This document shows, piece after piece, positions 14,602 through 26,509 of a stretch of 64,000 nt of DNA. The stretch lies in assembly GCA_043228905.1 (NCBI GenBank), contig JBHGNT010000020.1, positions 4,278,001 through 4,342,000 on the forward strand, written 5' to 3'. Numbering within the stretch: the first letter of the stretch is position 1; each line of letters begins with the position of its first letter. Both the position numbers and the translations under genes were made by a program. Source of the DNA: Azolla caroliniana. Its lineage: Eukaryota > Plantae > Polypodiophyta. Below the pieces are notes generated by a model. It saw only the letters and a list, made by a program, of their open reading frames with translations. It was not told where the DNA came from and searched no databases.

Positions 14602-14690
14602 AGATATATTAACGTCTTCTAAGGCCAAAATTGGTCCATGAGACAATTGGTTTACAACAAAAATGGGGTATTTACCCATTTATCGAAAGA
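14602..14690 (-). mobile_element. LINE 3'-end stub (~90 bp) next to a GA/A-rich tract
   Basis: Nearly identical to 9303-9390. Confidence 0.65.
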
Positions 14691-15566
14691 ATAAATAAAA
14701 ACAAAACAAAATAAAATAGAGCTTAAGCTAAATGGTTCTAGTAAAAAAACATGTTCTATAAGGAAATAACGTTATACTAGGCCTAGTTTCATTTCCATCT
14801 AAGTCTCTCGAAAAGAAGCAGGAGGTCAAAGGGTTTCGATGTGGATGTGGCCTGTGGTCCCAATGTAAGAGGTACCCCAACCATAGCTTCTAGGCGGCAT
14901 AGCTAACGTTCCCTTATCTTCTTAATCATTTCTACTCTGCGTCGAGTTGCTTTGAAGCCCAACATCTGAGGGCGTTTGGTTGTTCTTTGCATTTCCGCTT
15001 CACCAAGAGAGAGGCTGAGTGGTGTAGGTGTGTCCACATTTATTGTCTCCCCTTGTTCCTGAGAAATTACATTAGTTTCATATTGGTGGATATTAAAAGG
15101 GTTATCGTTAACACTTTGTTTATTCTCCCTATGTTGTTTTAGCTCTAAAATATACCTACCTAGTCTCTTTATATTCGGGGTATTGAATAACTTGGAGAGG
15201 GTCCTAGTATGTCTTGGTATTTTGCCCTTATCTCGGCATAAGTTGGACACTATCTCTATGTGACATAACCAACATAGCCTTTGCTCTCTAAGGACTCTAT
15301 TAGCACGAACATGCTCAATCTCAAGTTCGTGAGATGATATCCGAAGTTATCCAATGGCTACCCTTAGTGCATGCGATAAGAATGTATCTAGATATTTTGG
15401 TTGTGTAATAAAACCTAACTTGGAGAAGTGTTCCTTATAGTACAACATTTTAGATGGAAGTGGCTCTCGTAGGTTGATCCATTTATATCGGGTGTAAATT
15501 TGCCATATTTCTTGGCGTATTACTTTATTGCGGGCTTCATGAGAGATTAAAGTTTGGGGAGGTAGG

Positions 15567-17020
15567 TGTCATAGACATATGCCATGAGGGAAGGTAGAGA
15601 TTGAACCCAAGACCTCATGGTCTCTATTTGGCAACCATACCAATTGAGCTACATATGCATCCTTACACTAAATCCAACTTCACATAGTGTAGATTGAACA
15701 TTGGAAGTTTCTAGCTTGCATGCATCCTCATTTCTAGCTTGCACACATTCTCATGCATTCTCTATTGCATGCGTCCTAACTTCTTGTATAAATACTCAGG
15801 TGCACCTTGATTCTAATCAAGGTGAACAACACCAGTTACAGATTCTATAAATTGAGTTACTGAAGCCACTATCCCGTTGGTAGTTCAAGTCGAGGCGCAT
15901 CAGGAGGAACTCAAGTTCTACCTCATCGCAACCCCCCGACATTCGATTGTGTTGGGGCTATCTTGGTCGAAGACACATAATCCGACAGTGGATTGGTGTA
16001 ACCGCTCCATCACTTTTCCAGTAAGGCAAATTCTTGCTAGGTCACAACTATCTCTTGATTCTGTTGTGGTCAAGTCCGGTTTGGTCCCTACACTGGCCGT
16101 TGTGTAGGGGGACGTTACCGTTCCTGTCAACAATTTACCCGTTCGATATAGCGACTTTTCCGACCTCTTCGAAAAGTGGAGTGCCGATGGGTTACCGGCT
16201 CATTGCCCCTACGATTGCCCAATCGAACTCCAAGATGGCGAGCATCCCCCATTTGGTCCTATCTATGGGTTATCTGAACCCGAACTTGAGGCTCTCCGCA
16301 CATATTTGGCTGGGAATCTTGCGAAGGGCTTCATTCAACCCTCTAAATCACTGACCGGGGCACCAATCTTATTTGTAAAAAAGAAGGACAACTCCTTACG
16401 CTTATGTGTGGATTATCGGGGTCTCAACAAAGTTATGGTGTGTAATCGTTACCCCCTGCCCTTAATTCCAACGCTCCTCGATTGACTTCAAATTGGGCAT
16501 ATCGTCTCCAAAATCGACCTTTGGGGCGCCTACAATTTGGTACGCATCAAGGCTGGGGACGAATGGAAAACGGCTTTTCGGACGCGCTATGGACATTTCG
16601 AGTACAAAGTGATGCCATTCAGCCTTACCAACGCTCCGACCATCTTCCAAGATATGATGAACGATATTTTTCGAGAGTATCTCGATCATTTCGTGGTCAT
16701 CTATCTTGACGAAATCCTAGTTTTTTCTTCCAACTGGGAGGAGCACACACACCACATTCGGCTGGTTCTTACCAAACTCCGAGAATATGGGCTCTTCGCC
16801 AAAAGTGAGAAATGTGAATTCGATTGGGCCTCTGTTGAATTCCTTGGTTACATGATCTCACCTATCGGGATCACAATGGATGAACGCAAGGTAGTGGCAA
16901 TCATTGATTGGTCTCTCCCGACTTGACTGAAAGAGGTACAATCGTTTCTTGGTTTTGCAAATTTTTATAGATGATAGACGGGTTCTCTTCCCATGTCCAA
17001 CCTCTCATCCAACTTACTTG
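15567..17020 (+). mobile_element. Ty3/Gypsy chromovirus (Tcn1-like): probable 5' LTR plus degenerate protease/RT
   Basis: Starts TGTCAT like the other chromovirus LTRs. Protease end IVLGLSWSKTHNPTVDW. RT motifs [49 protein letters not shown] and YLDEIL, with stops. Confidence 0.85.
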
Positions 17021-17260
17021 AATTGCCTTTGGGATTAGCTCTAAAGCGTCATGGACTAGCAACATGTAATTGTTTTATCATGTAATTGTTTTATTTGCAC
17101 TATTCAAATGGAAGATAATACTCATCGATTTATACAATGTTCGATTGCTTGTCAGATTTGAAGTTACATTTCTCAAATTTGGCAAGTTTTATCACGGTGT
17201 TATTTGACATCCAAACAGTGGGTGTTTGGACAATTTACACAGGTTGCAGATTTGGAGTTA

Positions 17261-17654
17261 CATACTAAATGCTAGAATACAAAGTGGTGGCATAATGGTG
17301 ACTCTTGACCGTTGGAGTGTCTCTTCACTCTCAAGGTGAGTTCACACACTAGACCAAGTTGAGCTTGATTCTCAACACACGTGTGTGAACTCACCTTGAG
17401 AGTGAAGAGACACTCCAACGGTCAAGAGTCACCATTATGTCACCACTTTGTATTCTAGCATTTAGTATGAGTCATAGAATCATATTCTATGACACATAAC
17501 TTATGAGCTTTCACATTCCCCATGCTCCATGAGTCTTGTAGTTAATGAAGAGAGAGGGTGACTACATAAAGCACCCTCCTCCCACCTTGTATAATGTTGA
17601 GTCTTTCTCCTTTGTCAATATACTTTTACCTTGCGTATTCTCTGTGTTTCACTC

Positions 17655-17699
<45 letters not shown>

Positions 17700-17884
17700 C
17701 ACACACATAACTCACATCTCTTCCGCTTCACAAGAATCCATCTCTTGATTCTTTACATGGTATCAGAGTGATTTGGTAGCTCGATCTAGCCCATTCACCT
17801 CATCGTGATCGTGTGTTGTGCTCCACACCGACGACCAAGAACCGGCTCATCCCTATCGTAGCTTCGCTACATAGCTCGCATTCG

Positions 17885-17915
<31 letters not shown>

Positions 17916-18210
17916 ACACAGAGAATACGCAAGGTAAAAGTATATTGACAAAGGAGAAAGACTCAACATTATACAAGGTGGGAGGAGGGTGCTTTATGTA
18001 GTCACCCTCTCTCTTCATTAACTACAAGACTCATGGAGCATGGGGAATGTGAAAGCTCATAAGTTATGTGTCATAGAATATGATTCTATGACTCATACTA
18101 AATGCTAGAATACAAAGTGGTGACATAATGGTGACTCTTGACCGTTGGAGTGTCTCTTCACTCTCAAGGTGAGTTCACACACTAGACCAAGTTGAGCTTG
18201 ATTCTCAATA
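17261..18210. mobile_element. Rearranged Copia LTR fold-back: (-)17261-17377, (+)17381-17757 with PBS/leader to 17884, (-)17885-18210
   Basis: Three near-identical LTR segments in alternating orientation. tRNA-Met PBS TGGTATCAGAG at 17758. ORFs 17545+ and 18018- share an identical N-terminal translation. Confidence 0.9.
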
Positions 18211-19191
18211 CTACATTTGAAATAGACAACTAAATGTCAAGTTATGTGAATGTGAAGTTTGAGAAGAAGAAGAGAAAAACAAAATTGTGAGATATCCCAG
18301 ATAGATAGGACAACATCAGGATTCAAGAGTATATAAGTAGAGCCATATCTCTTTATGTTTTATCTATGTGCTAGGAGCACAAAAAGGTTGGGTTGTATAA
18401 CTTGGATGAATGGATGCGGCCAAGTTATTAAAATAGTGTTTTGGACGGAGCCGAAACCGGAGCCGGCGAGACAGCGACGGATAGGATCCGATCGGGATCG
18501 GATTGAATCGGTTGGGACAAACGGATCGGTCGGTTGGTCGGGGTGCATGGTGTTTTGAAGATTTTCAGTGTAAATACAAGACCAAAAGCCTAGTAGTATT
18601 TTGTGTTTAAAAAGGGATATGAGCAAGGCTTGAACCTTGCACCTCCAAGTTGAAAGTCAATAGGCTTGCCACTAAGCCAAGTCATATCTTCAAAAGCTTT
18701 ACTTTGATCATTTTACATGTAAATTCTCATACATGAGAGCTTGAATGAGTGACATGGTTATCATGTAACACATGTAATACATGAGCACCAAATGGCAAAC
18801 ATGCATCTCATGCATGTCTTGCACCTTCACATGCATCATGTGCATGGGGGCATCTATAAAAGAGTGGATGGAGTGGAAAAACGGGCTATGTATTAATGAA
18901 GAAATTAAGAGTAAGAAAATTCGTTACCCCATTTTTGCGATGTATTAATCAAGAAATTAAGGGGAAGAAAATTCGTTATCCCATTTTTGTGATGTATTAA
19001 TCTTGTCTCTCAATCTAAAGTCAAGCATTCTATCTTATCTCAATCTCTCTCTCTTTCAATCTATCTTAAATACTTTCTCACTAAAGCTAGTGCAAACACC
19101 AAATCCTTCCGGTCCAAAACCCCGGCGGTTCCGCCTCACGATCCGCACGTAGTGACGAATATTCACAACATAATTAAGTGGTGAACCCGAC

Positions 19192-21699
19192 GTGAAAGAG
19201 GCGGTAGGAAGGATCAAGTCGAGGATCAACCGATACTTGGAGATGGCGTCCTCAAGCATGATGCTAATCATCGAACAAATGATGAGATCTCGGGACAACG
19301 ATGGGAGTGTGGAGAAGGCTGTTGACCGTGTCGTTGAGCTTGAGGGTCAATTTGACAAAAGGAACATTACGAATTTCCTTGATGCATACAGAAGGGAGAT
19401 GAATCAGAGGTACGTGTCTGAAGCGTGTCAAATCACAAATTTCAAGAGAGTGATTGCCAACAACATCCAAAGGCGTGTCATCAAGCTTCAAGAAGGGAAG
19501 ACAACGTGGTCGGAGTTCGAGAAAGCGATATTAGCGGAGTTCGCGACGGAAGATTTGTCGAGGATGACTCGACATGCCTTGATGAAGTGGATAGAAAAGA
19601 AGAATAAGAGGATGAGCGCTTCGAGGGTGTACGACGGGTTCGACCAAATGATTCGTCGTCTCCCCGCCACGGACCAAGTGCTACTTGAGGAGGACAAGAC
19701 TTTGTACTTCTTGAAAGTTGTGGACATGAAGGATAGAAGAGAATTGGGGACTCTTCTTGAAGATGATACCCAAGCAAACGGGCTTGTGGCAGACTGGATT
19801 GTTGTGAAGTGGGCGTGCTATAGGCTCGACAAGCCTCGTCAGTGGGTTGATGACACCGACTTGGCGGGATCGACTGTCGCGGAGAAAACAAGACAACTGA
19901 AAGTAGCTAAGCCACCCAAACAAAGCAGCCCAGAAGAAAAGAAGATTGATGAAGACATCATCGAAGAACTAGCGAAGAAGTTCAAGATGGTCACGCTAGC
20001 CAACATGAATCGTCGGGGCCCCAAAGGAAAAGAACCCTTTAGATGCGTGTGGTGCGATAACATGGACCACATGAGGAGGGATTGCGTGAGCCTTCGAGAT
20101 GCCATTCGACAAAATATTGTATACATGGATGACAACATGATTTGCTCGAGTGAGACTAGAAGACCCATGCGAGTGAATTTCGGAAGAGGGGGAATGAAGA
20201 AAGCTATGGAGGATGCCGAGGCAACTCATGTGGATGCAATGCACTATGCTGTGTTGGCCGGAATAAGTGTCGGGAAAGAAAAAACTGAAGTTGCGAAAGT
20301 GGGAGCAAAGTTCTGGTCTACCGTTCTCGAGTATGAGAAGAAGGGAAAGGTCACTTCGAACGAGGTAGAGCATGCGGACCGAACTGTACAAAGTAGATCA
20401 CCGGATGGTCGGATCCGGTGGATGACAACACCATACTCGCGGAAGTGATGTGCGACAACCAGGAGGTGTTCGTTGAAGAAAAGAGAAAAAGAATAGAAGA
20501 GCAAGGCCCATCAAAAAGACATGAAACAAGGAACGCGAAAAAGAAAGAAGATGTAGAAATGAGTCGAGTGTTACAAACGGAGGAAGGAGACTCAAGCCGG
20601 AAAGGGGAGTCGAGCAAACGAGTCGAAGAAACGGTTCGACCCGTGAAGTTTGGTGTTGAAGACCCCGCTCGGAAGACAAGAACTATGCCAACCTATAAGC
20701 TAAGGTCAGAGATAGAGCAGACGACAGACCTGAAGAAGATTCTCGAGGAATGCGTTCTTGATAGCCACATGACTTTGTCCTTGAGGGAATTACTTGGCAT
20801 TATGAAGGAGTTTCATGACACGATCGTGGACCTTGTAAAGAGAAAGAGGCAACAATCGAACGAGGAAGAAGAGAAGCGACAAAAAGCAAAAACAAATGCC
20901 ATAACGATGGCAAGGGATGAAGTCGATGAAGATATGGTGGACAACCACTATACTCGACCTCATTGGGCACTAGCGACAACGGAGATGCTAGTGAAGATCG
21001 GTGAGAAGAAAGAGACCGTGCTAGCCTTGATTGACCATTGCTCGGATATCAACCTCATGTCAACCGACTTCTACAAAAAAGGAAGATGGCCAATTAATAC
21101 AAACCATGGATGGAAGATTCGAGCGGCAACAAAGGCGACAAAAGACTTGTACGGAGCTTGTCCAAATGTTAAAGTTATGATCGGGGATGTGGAGATGGAT
21201 CAACACTTCTTCGTACAGGAATTGGCATCACATCCTGTCATCCTAGGTCAACCGTATATCACATCATCCTGGATGGAGACCAAGGTGTTCGATAATGTAG
21301 CAACCTTCGCGCGAATCAAGAGTCCTGACAATCAAGGATCTGTTCAATTCCTAATAGTGCGAGCTAATCATGAAAGAAATCGAGGTAGACTTGGAGGCAA
21401 AACCTCGGATTTTTAGAGCAGACTATTGAAGCATGGGGCACAAATAGTCCGAGCAATCACAAGTCCCCACAAGAAGGTAGAGCGCGTGGATTGCGAGGAG
21501 AAGCAACATGTGTCACACCTAGTGGCGCATGTAAACTAGTACTACCCGACAAGAAGGACAAGTGTCAGATACTAGTTTTCGAGAAGATGCAGAAAGAAGA
21601 AAACATAATAGAAGAAGAAGAGTTCATGACTCATATTATGGAAGAAGCCTCATTTAACGACACCATTGGCAAAATCGAGGACGTCGTGGACTTGAGCTA
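19192..21699 (+). pseudogene. Gag (zinc knuckle) + aspartic protease of the Trp-primed element, frameshifted
   Basis: CVWCDNMDHMRRDC (CCHC knuckle), ALIDHCSDINLM (decayed protease active site), HPVILGQPY. Frameshift near 20400. Cut at 21700 by a Copia LTR. Confidence 0.8.
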
Positions 21700-23839
21700 T
21701 GTTAAGAATTAGGTAAGTAATTAAGCAAGGGTTAATAAATACCTAATTATGTGATTAAGTTAAGCGGAAGATTAAGTGATATGTGTGTGAGAGGAAGAGA
21801 GAGAGGAAGATACAATTATGAACAACACAAGATGGGGGATGAGTAACTATATTAAATTAGCATTATCATCATCATCAAATACAAAAATACCTACAATGAG
21901 GTTTATATACATCTCATGTGCAAGGGTGCACATGTGTGAGGAGAATATAGGTACAAAAGTGTAAGTCCTATATTAAATGTACTTAGGAGTGGAGGATCTA
22001 GAATATCCCACTTAAGTACAAGGTTCTATTTAAGGCGTTATAGTCAACACTTCTAACTAGATTCTATCTAGATAACTACGAAGTTACATGGTTGACTAAC
22101 TAACTAAACTAAGGTGAGCTTGATCTCTCAACACGCTCCCTCAAGCTCAAGTGTGAGGCATCCAACATCCGGTTCTGCTTTCAGTGTTATCCGGCTTTTG
22201 ATGTCGGCTTCTATGCGGCTTCCGTCCGGCCTTCGGCTTTGTTCGCCGTGCCAATCTCGGTTCCTCCCCCTCAAACCTGTGACACAGGTTTGTAGTGTGT
22301 GGGCGAAGGTCGCCTACTTCCACCCATCGTGGGTTACGAGCCGCTTTGGTGGAACTCTTGGGCTCTTGTTCGGCCGCTACCTTCATCGCGAAGGTGTAAT
22401 GATGGGCCATGTACTCGTTGTAGTTATGCCGAGTGATGGGGTTCTTAGCTCTAGATGAGCGTCAAAGGTTTTCGCTCGCCGATGTGAGCGCCTTCTTTAC
22501 TCCGGATGTCCGCATGATGGGTACACCGAACTCATTGTCTAGTGAGGGAGCTGACACATCCGAATCATGGTCGTCGGGGTGATCGACTTCGTAATCAGGC
22601 ATCTTACCTTTGCCTTTGCCCAAGTTCGTACTTGGCCGCGACGTGCTTCGGTCGCGTGGGGGCTCTTGTGGCCCACTAGGCCTTGCCGTAATCCAACTTT
22701 CTTCGAACATGTGTTTGAAGCGATCTCCATCTTCTGCCTCTTGTTCGGTGAATTCTAGGTTGAGCGGAGTCGGTGTCGAAGTTGTCTCTGGTGCGTACCA
22801 GGATGCAGACTCGTCGAAGACTATGTCTTGACTTACCCAAACCGCTCGGGTAGAAGGGTTGTAGCACTTGTATGCCTTCTTCTTGGACGAGTATCCTATG
22901 AGGATACATTCCTCCGACTTTGCGTCAGGCTTCTGTCGACTTTCGTTCGAGATGCGTACATTCACAAGGCTTCCGAACACCTTGAGGTGCGATAGGATCG
23001 ACTTCCTTCCGACGAGGAGCTCGTATGGAGTTAGCTCATGGACTCCATTGGTGGTGCACCTGTTCATGAGATAGATGGCCATGGATGCCACTTCGGCCCA
23101 ATAGAAATTCTGCATGGGCTTCTCATGCATCATGGCACGTGCTACCTCAAGTATTTGCCGATTCTTCCTTTCGGCGACTCCATTTTGTTGGTGTGTGTGT
23201 GAGCATGAGAATTCTCTCCGAATGCCTTCACTTTGGAGGTAGGAGGTGAATTCATCGGAGAAGTACTCCTTCCCTCCATCCGATCGTAGGCATCGAATGT
23301 GCCGACTGCTTTCTTTCTCGACTTGGACCTTGAGCTTTTGGAAGTGAGAGAGCAGTTCACTTTTCTTCTTCATCGGGTAGATCCACGCGTAGCACGAGTA
23401 GTCGTCGATGAAGGTTACGTAGTATCAGCATTCGCCGATCGTCGGCGTTTGAGTCGGTCCCCATACATCCGAGTGTATGACATTGAGGAGGCCTTTGCTT
23501 GCAGAGCTCTCCTTCGGGAACGAGAGTCGATGTTGTTTGCCGAGCTGACACACTTCGCATACTCGGTCGACTCAAATGACGGAAGTCCAATGATGAATCC
23601 CTTTGTTTGCATAGCTCGGAGCCAGTGGAGGTTGATGTGGCCGATTCTCTCGTGCCACAACTCGATGCTTGTCTCGGTTTTGAGACTTTTAGCGTACATT
23701 GCCTATTTCACCTCGTTCGAATCGAGGATGAACATTCAGCTGTCTCCTTCGCTATGAGTCGACCATCTTTCTCGATGAAGCATCCTTTTTTGTTGAAGCG
23801 AATTTGGATGCCTTGCTCCACGATTTGGCCGACCGAGAT
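21700..23839 (-). mobile_element. Truncated Ty1/Copia (family A): GAG-pre-integrase, integrase, RT deleted, PPT and 3' LTR 21700-22133
   Basis: LWHERIGHIN, CLRSDGGKEY, QQNGVAERKNR, CILIGYS. LTR TGTTAAG..CTCAACA with adjacent PPT (rc GAGCTTGAGGGAGCG). Confidence 0.9.
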
Positions 23840-25772
23840 GGCGACGGACAGGATCGGATTGAACCGGTCGGAACAGACGGATCAGTCGGTTGATCACAGT
23901 GCATGGTGTTTTGAAGATTTTTGTTGTAAATACAAGACCAAAATCCTAGTAGTATTTTGTGTTTTAAAAGGGATGTGAGCAAGGCTTGAACCTTGCACCT
24001 CCAAGTTTAAAGTCAATAGGCTTACCACTAAGCCAAGTCATATCTTCAAAAACTTTACTTTGATCATTTTACATGTAAATTCTCATACATGAGAGCTTGA
24101 ACGAGGAACATGGTTATCATGTAACACATGTAATATATGAGCGCCAAATGGCAAATATGCATCTCATGCATGTCTTGCACCTTCACAGGCATCATGTGCA
24201 TGGGGGCATCTATAAAAGAGTGGATGGAGAGGAAAAACGGGCTATGTATTAATGAAGAAATTAAGAGTAAGAAAATTCGTTATCCCATTTTTGCGACGTA
24301 TTAATCAAGAAATTAAGGGGAAGAAAATTCGCTATCCCATTGTTGTCATGTATTAATCTTGTCTCTCAATCTAAAGTCAAGCGTTCTATCTTATCTCAAT
24401 CTCTCTCTCTTTCAATCTATCTTACATACTTTCTCGCTAAATCTAGTGCAAACTCCGAATCCTTCTGGTCCAGAACCATGTCGGTTCCGCCTCACGATCC
24501 GCACGTAGTGACAGATCTTCACGACAGCAGGATCAAGGATTTGTGGGGGCGAGTAAAGTCCTTATGTTCGTAAAGTTGGTTGATCGAAAGGAAAGGCAGG
24601 CAAATGGAATCCAACTTGAAGACGATGATGGAGCAAATGGCCTCACCAAGAATTGGGCCGAAGCTGAAAGAGTATGCCAACGACATGACAAGAGGAAGAT
24701 GGGAATCTTCTCAACATCATCACAACCTGTGAGGCAAGATCAAAGAGGAACAACATGCGACAACGCGCCAACACTAAAGGAAGAGAGCTCGAAGTGGGGA
24801 GATAGGTCGGTACTCAACATAGAAGCCTTCGTAAAGGAGGCATATGAGAGTTTAAACGTGCAAGTCAAGGCCAAAGAGAAGCCTAGAATGGAGCCAAAAC
24901 CGAGGCAATTGGTGATCAAGGAAGAAAAGACCTCCCAACAAAGGTGGAGTAAGGATACGACCAATACGAAGGCCCAGGTTTGGTACGATAGTACCACGGG
25001 AGAAGGTGTGGAACAAGCCACCTTCTTGACTTACGGAGGAACGACGGTCAAGAGAAAGGTTGGAGACTCGAGAGCGGGAAATGCCACTTTAAGAGTGAAC
25101 GAGCATTTCGGGACATACATTGTGTCCAAAATATCGAGTGATGAAGGTGCAAGCATGAGCAAAGCTTGCATGATCAAGGGAGATGAAGAGTGCGAGGCCG
25201 ACGTGATTGAAGCGGCAGCTATGAGGAATGACATCGAGTCAAAGATGGCTATGGACGAGTCTACGACGGATGGATGTGTTGAGACTTTCCCAACACTTGA
25301 TCTAGAGACTTGGGAAGTTGCATCCGAGAGCCAACATGAGACCCAAGAGACGGAAAGTGGTGGAGAAGCAAAGATTGAAGCCAATGCGAATAACAATGTT
25401 GAGGGAAAGATGTCTATGGATGAGTTGACGGAAACCGATGGTGCCTAGGTTCTCCCCACAATTGTTCTTGAGACTTCGACAGTTGTGGCCGTGTGTCAAT
25501 GTGAGACCGGAGAGACGGAAGGTGACGGCAGGAAATCGAAGGATTGAAACGACGATGAGGAGGATGATCACATACCAAGGGATTCCTCCACAGCGGTTGC
25601 GGAGACTTCGGCAGTTGTGCCCAAGAGCCAACATAAGACTGGAGAGATGGAAGGTGGTAGCAAGGAGATGAGGGTCGAAGTCAGCGCATACGGAGGAATG
25701 GTAGCTAACAAGGAGGCCAAAAACAAAGCTACAATGAGTTCGATGAAGAGCCAGAGAGCGGCAAGAAAGGAA

Positions 25773-26509
25773 TGACGAGAACTCAAACGCTCCTTATGTC
25801 CAACGCTCGGCCACAACCGAGCTTAGAATGATACACAGAAAAAACGGGAAATAAAACACGACACAGAGAAGAGGAAGATACACAGGAGGTTTACGTGGAA
25901 AACCCCAAACTAGGGGAAAAACCACGGCAGCCCACAAGCTGCAAACTGTCACTATGTAGTAATGTACAGAACAGTGAGTTCACGGAGGCAACGACCTCGT
26001 GCTCACGATCTTCGCCACAGGCGGCGGTTACAACAGAGGCAACGACCTCGATCTCTCTCTCTCTCTCTGTACAGTTACGCACTCTAATTTCGTGCAAAAC
26101 AGAAAATGACAACAACAACTAAAAGTTTGCCCTAAGTCATATTTATACTAATATGACTTTTCGGCTATTTACAAATATAGCCTCGATGGGCTCTCAGAAA
26201 CATATTTACGAATATGTCTCTTCCTCCGGTTCTGCACCATCCGGCTCTCCGTAGCCAAGTACTCCTCATCCGGTTCACACCGGGCCTGTATCATCCGGCT
26301 CTCCGTAGCCGGGTACTACTCATCCGGTTCACACCGGGCCTGTATCATCCGGCTCTCCGTAGCCGGGTACTCCTCATCCGGTTCACACCGGGCCTATATC
26401 ATCCGGCTCTCCGTAGCCGGGTACTCCTCATACTATTTCGGCCTCGGCCGAGATTGTTCGGTGGCACTGTTCTTCTCCCTTCCCATCCGGAGGGACCTGT
26501 CTCCCAACA
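25773..26509 (-). mobile_element. Solo LTR (Copia-like) with perfect 5-bp TSD
   Basis: TG...CA termini with AGGAA at 25768-25772 and 26510-26514. Contains the motif GGTTTACGTGGAAAACCCC..GGGAAAAACCACGG, common in plant Copia LTRs. Strand inferred from that motif. Confidence 0.85.
26238..26431. repeat. 54-bp tandem repeat (~3.6 copies) inside the solo LTR
   Basis: Unit CATCCGGCTCTCCGTAGCCGGGTACTCCTCATCCGGTTCACACCGGGCCTGTAT. Confidence 0.95.

Larger units (their letters stand above)
18285..24526 (+). mobile_element. Ty3/Gypsy-type LTR retrotransposon with tRNA-Trp PBS; LTRs ~18285-19170 and 23835-24526 (5'-truncated); most of pol deleted
   Basis: A ~690-bp direct repeat ends TTCACAACA/TTCACGACA. 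PBS TGGTGAACCCGACGTGAA at 19179-19196 is complementary to the plant tRNA-Trp 3' end. Left boundary is approximate. Confidence 0.85.

Noticed and set aside
12100-15560. Possible decayed LINE fragments (also ~57300-57700 and ~62800-64000)
   Set aside because: Only faint motif-like traces; boundaries and family cannot be supported by eye.
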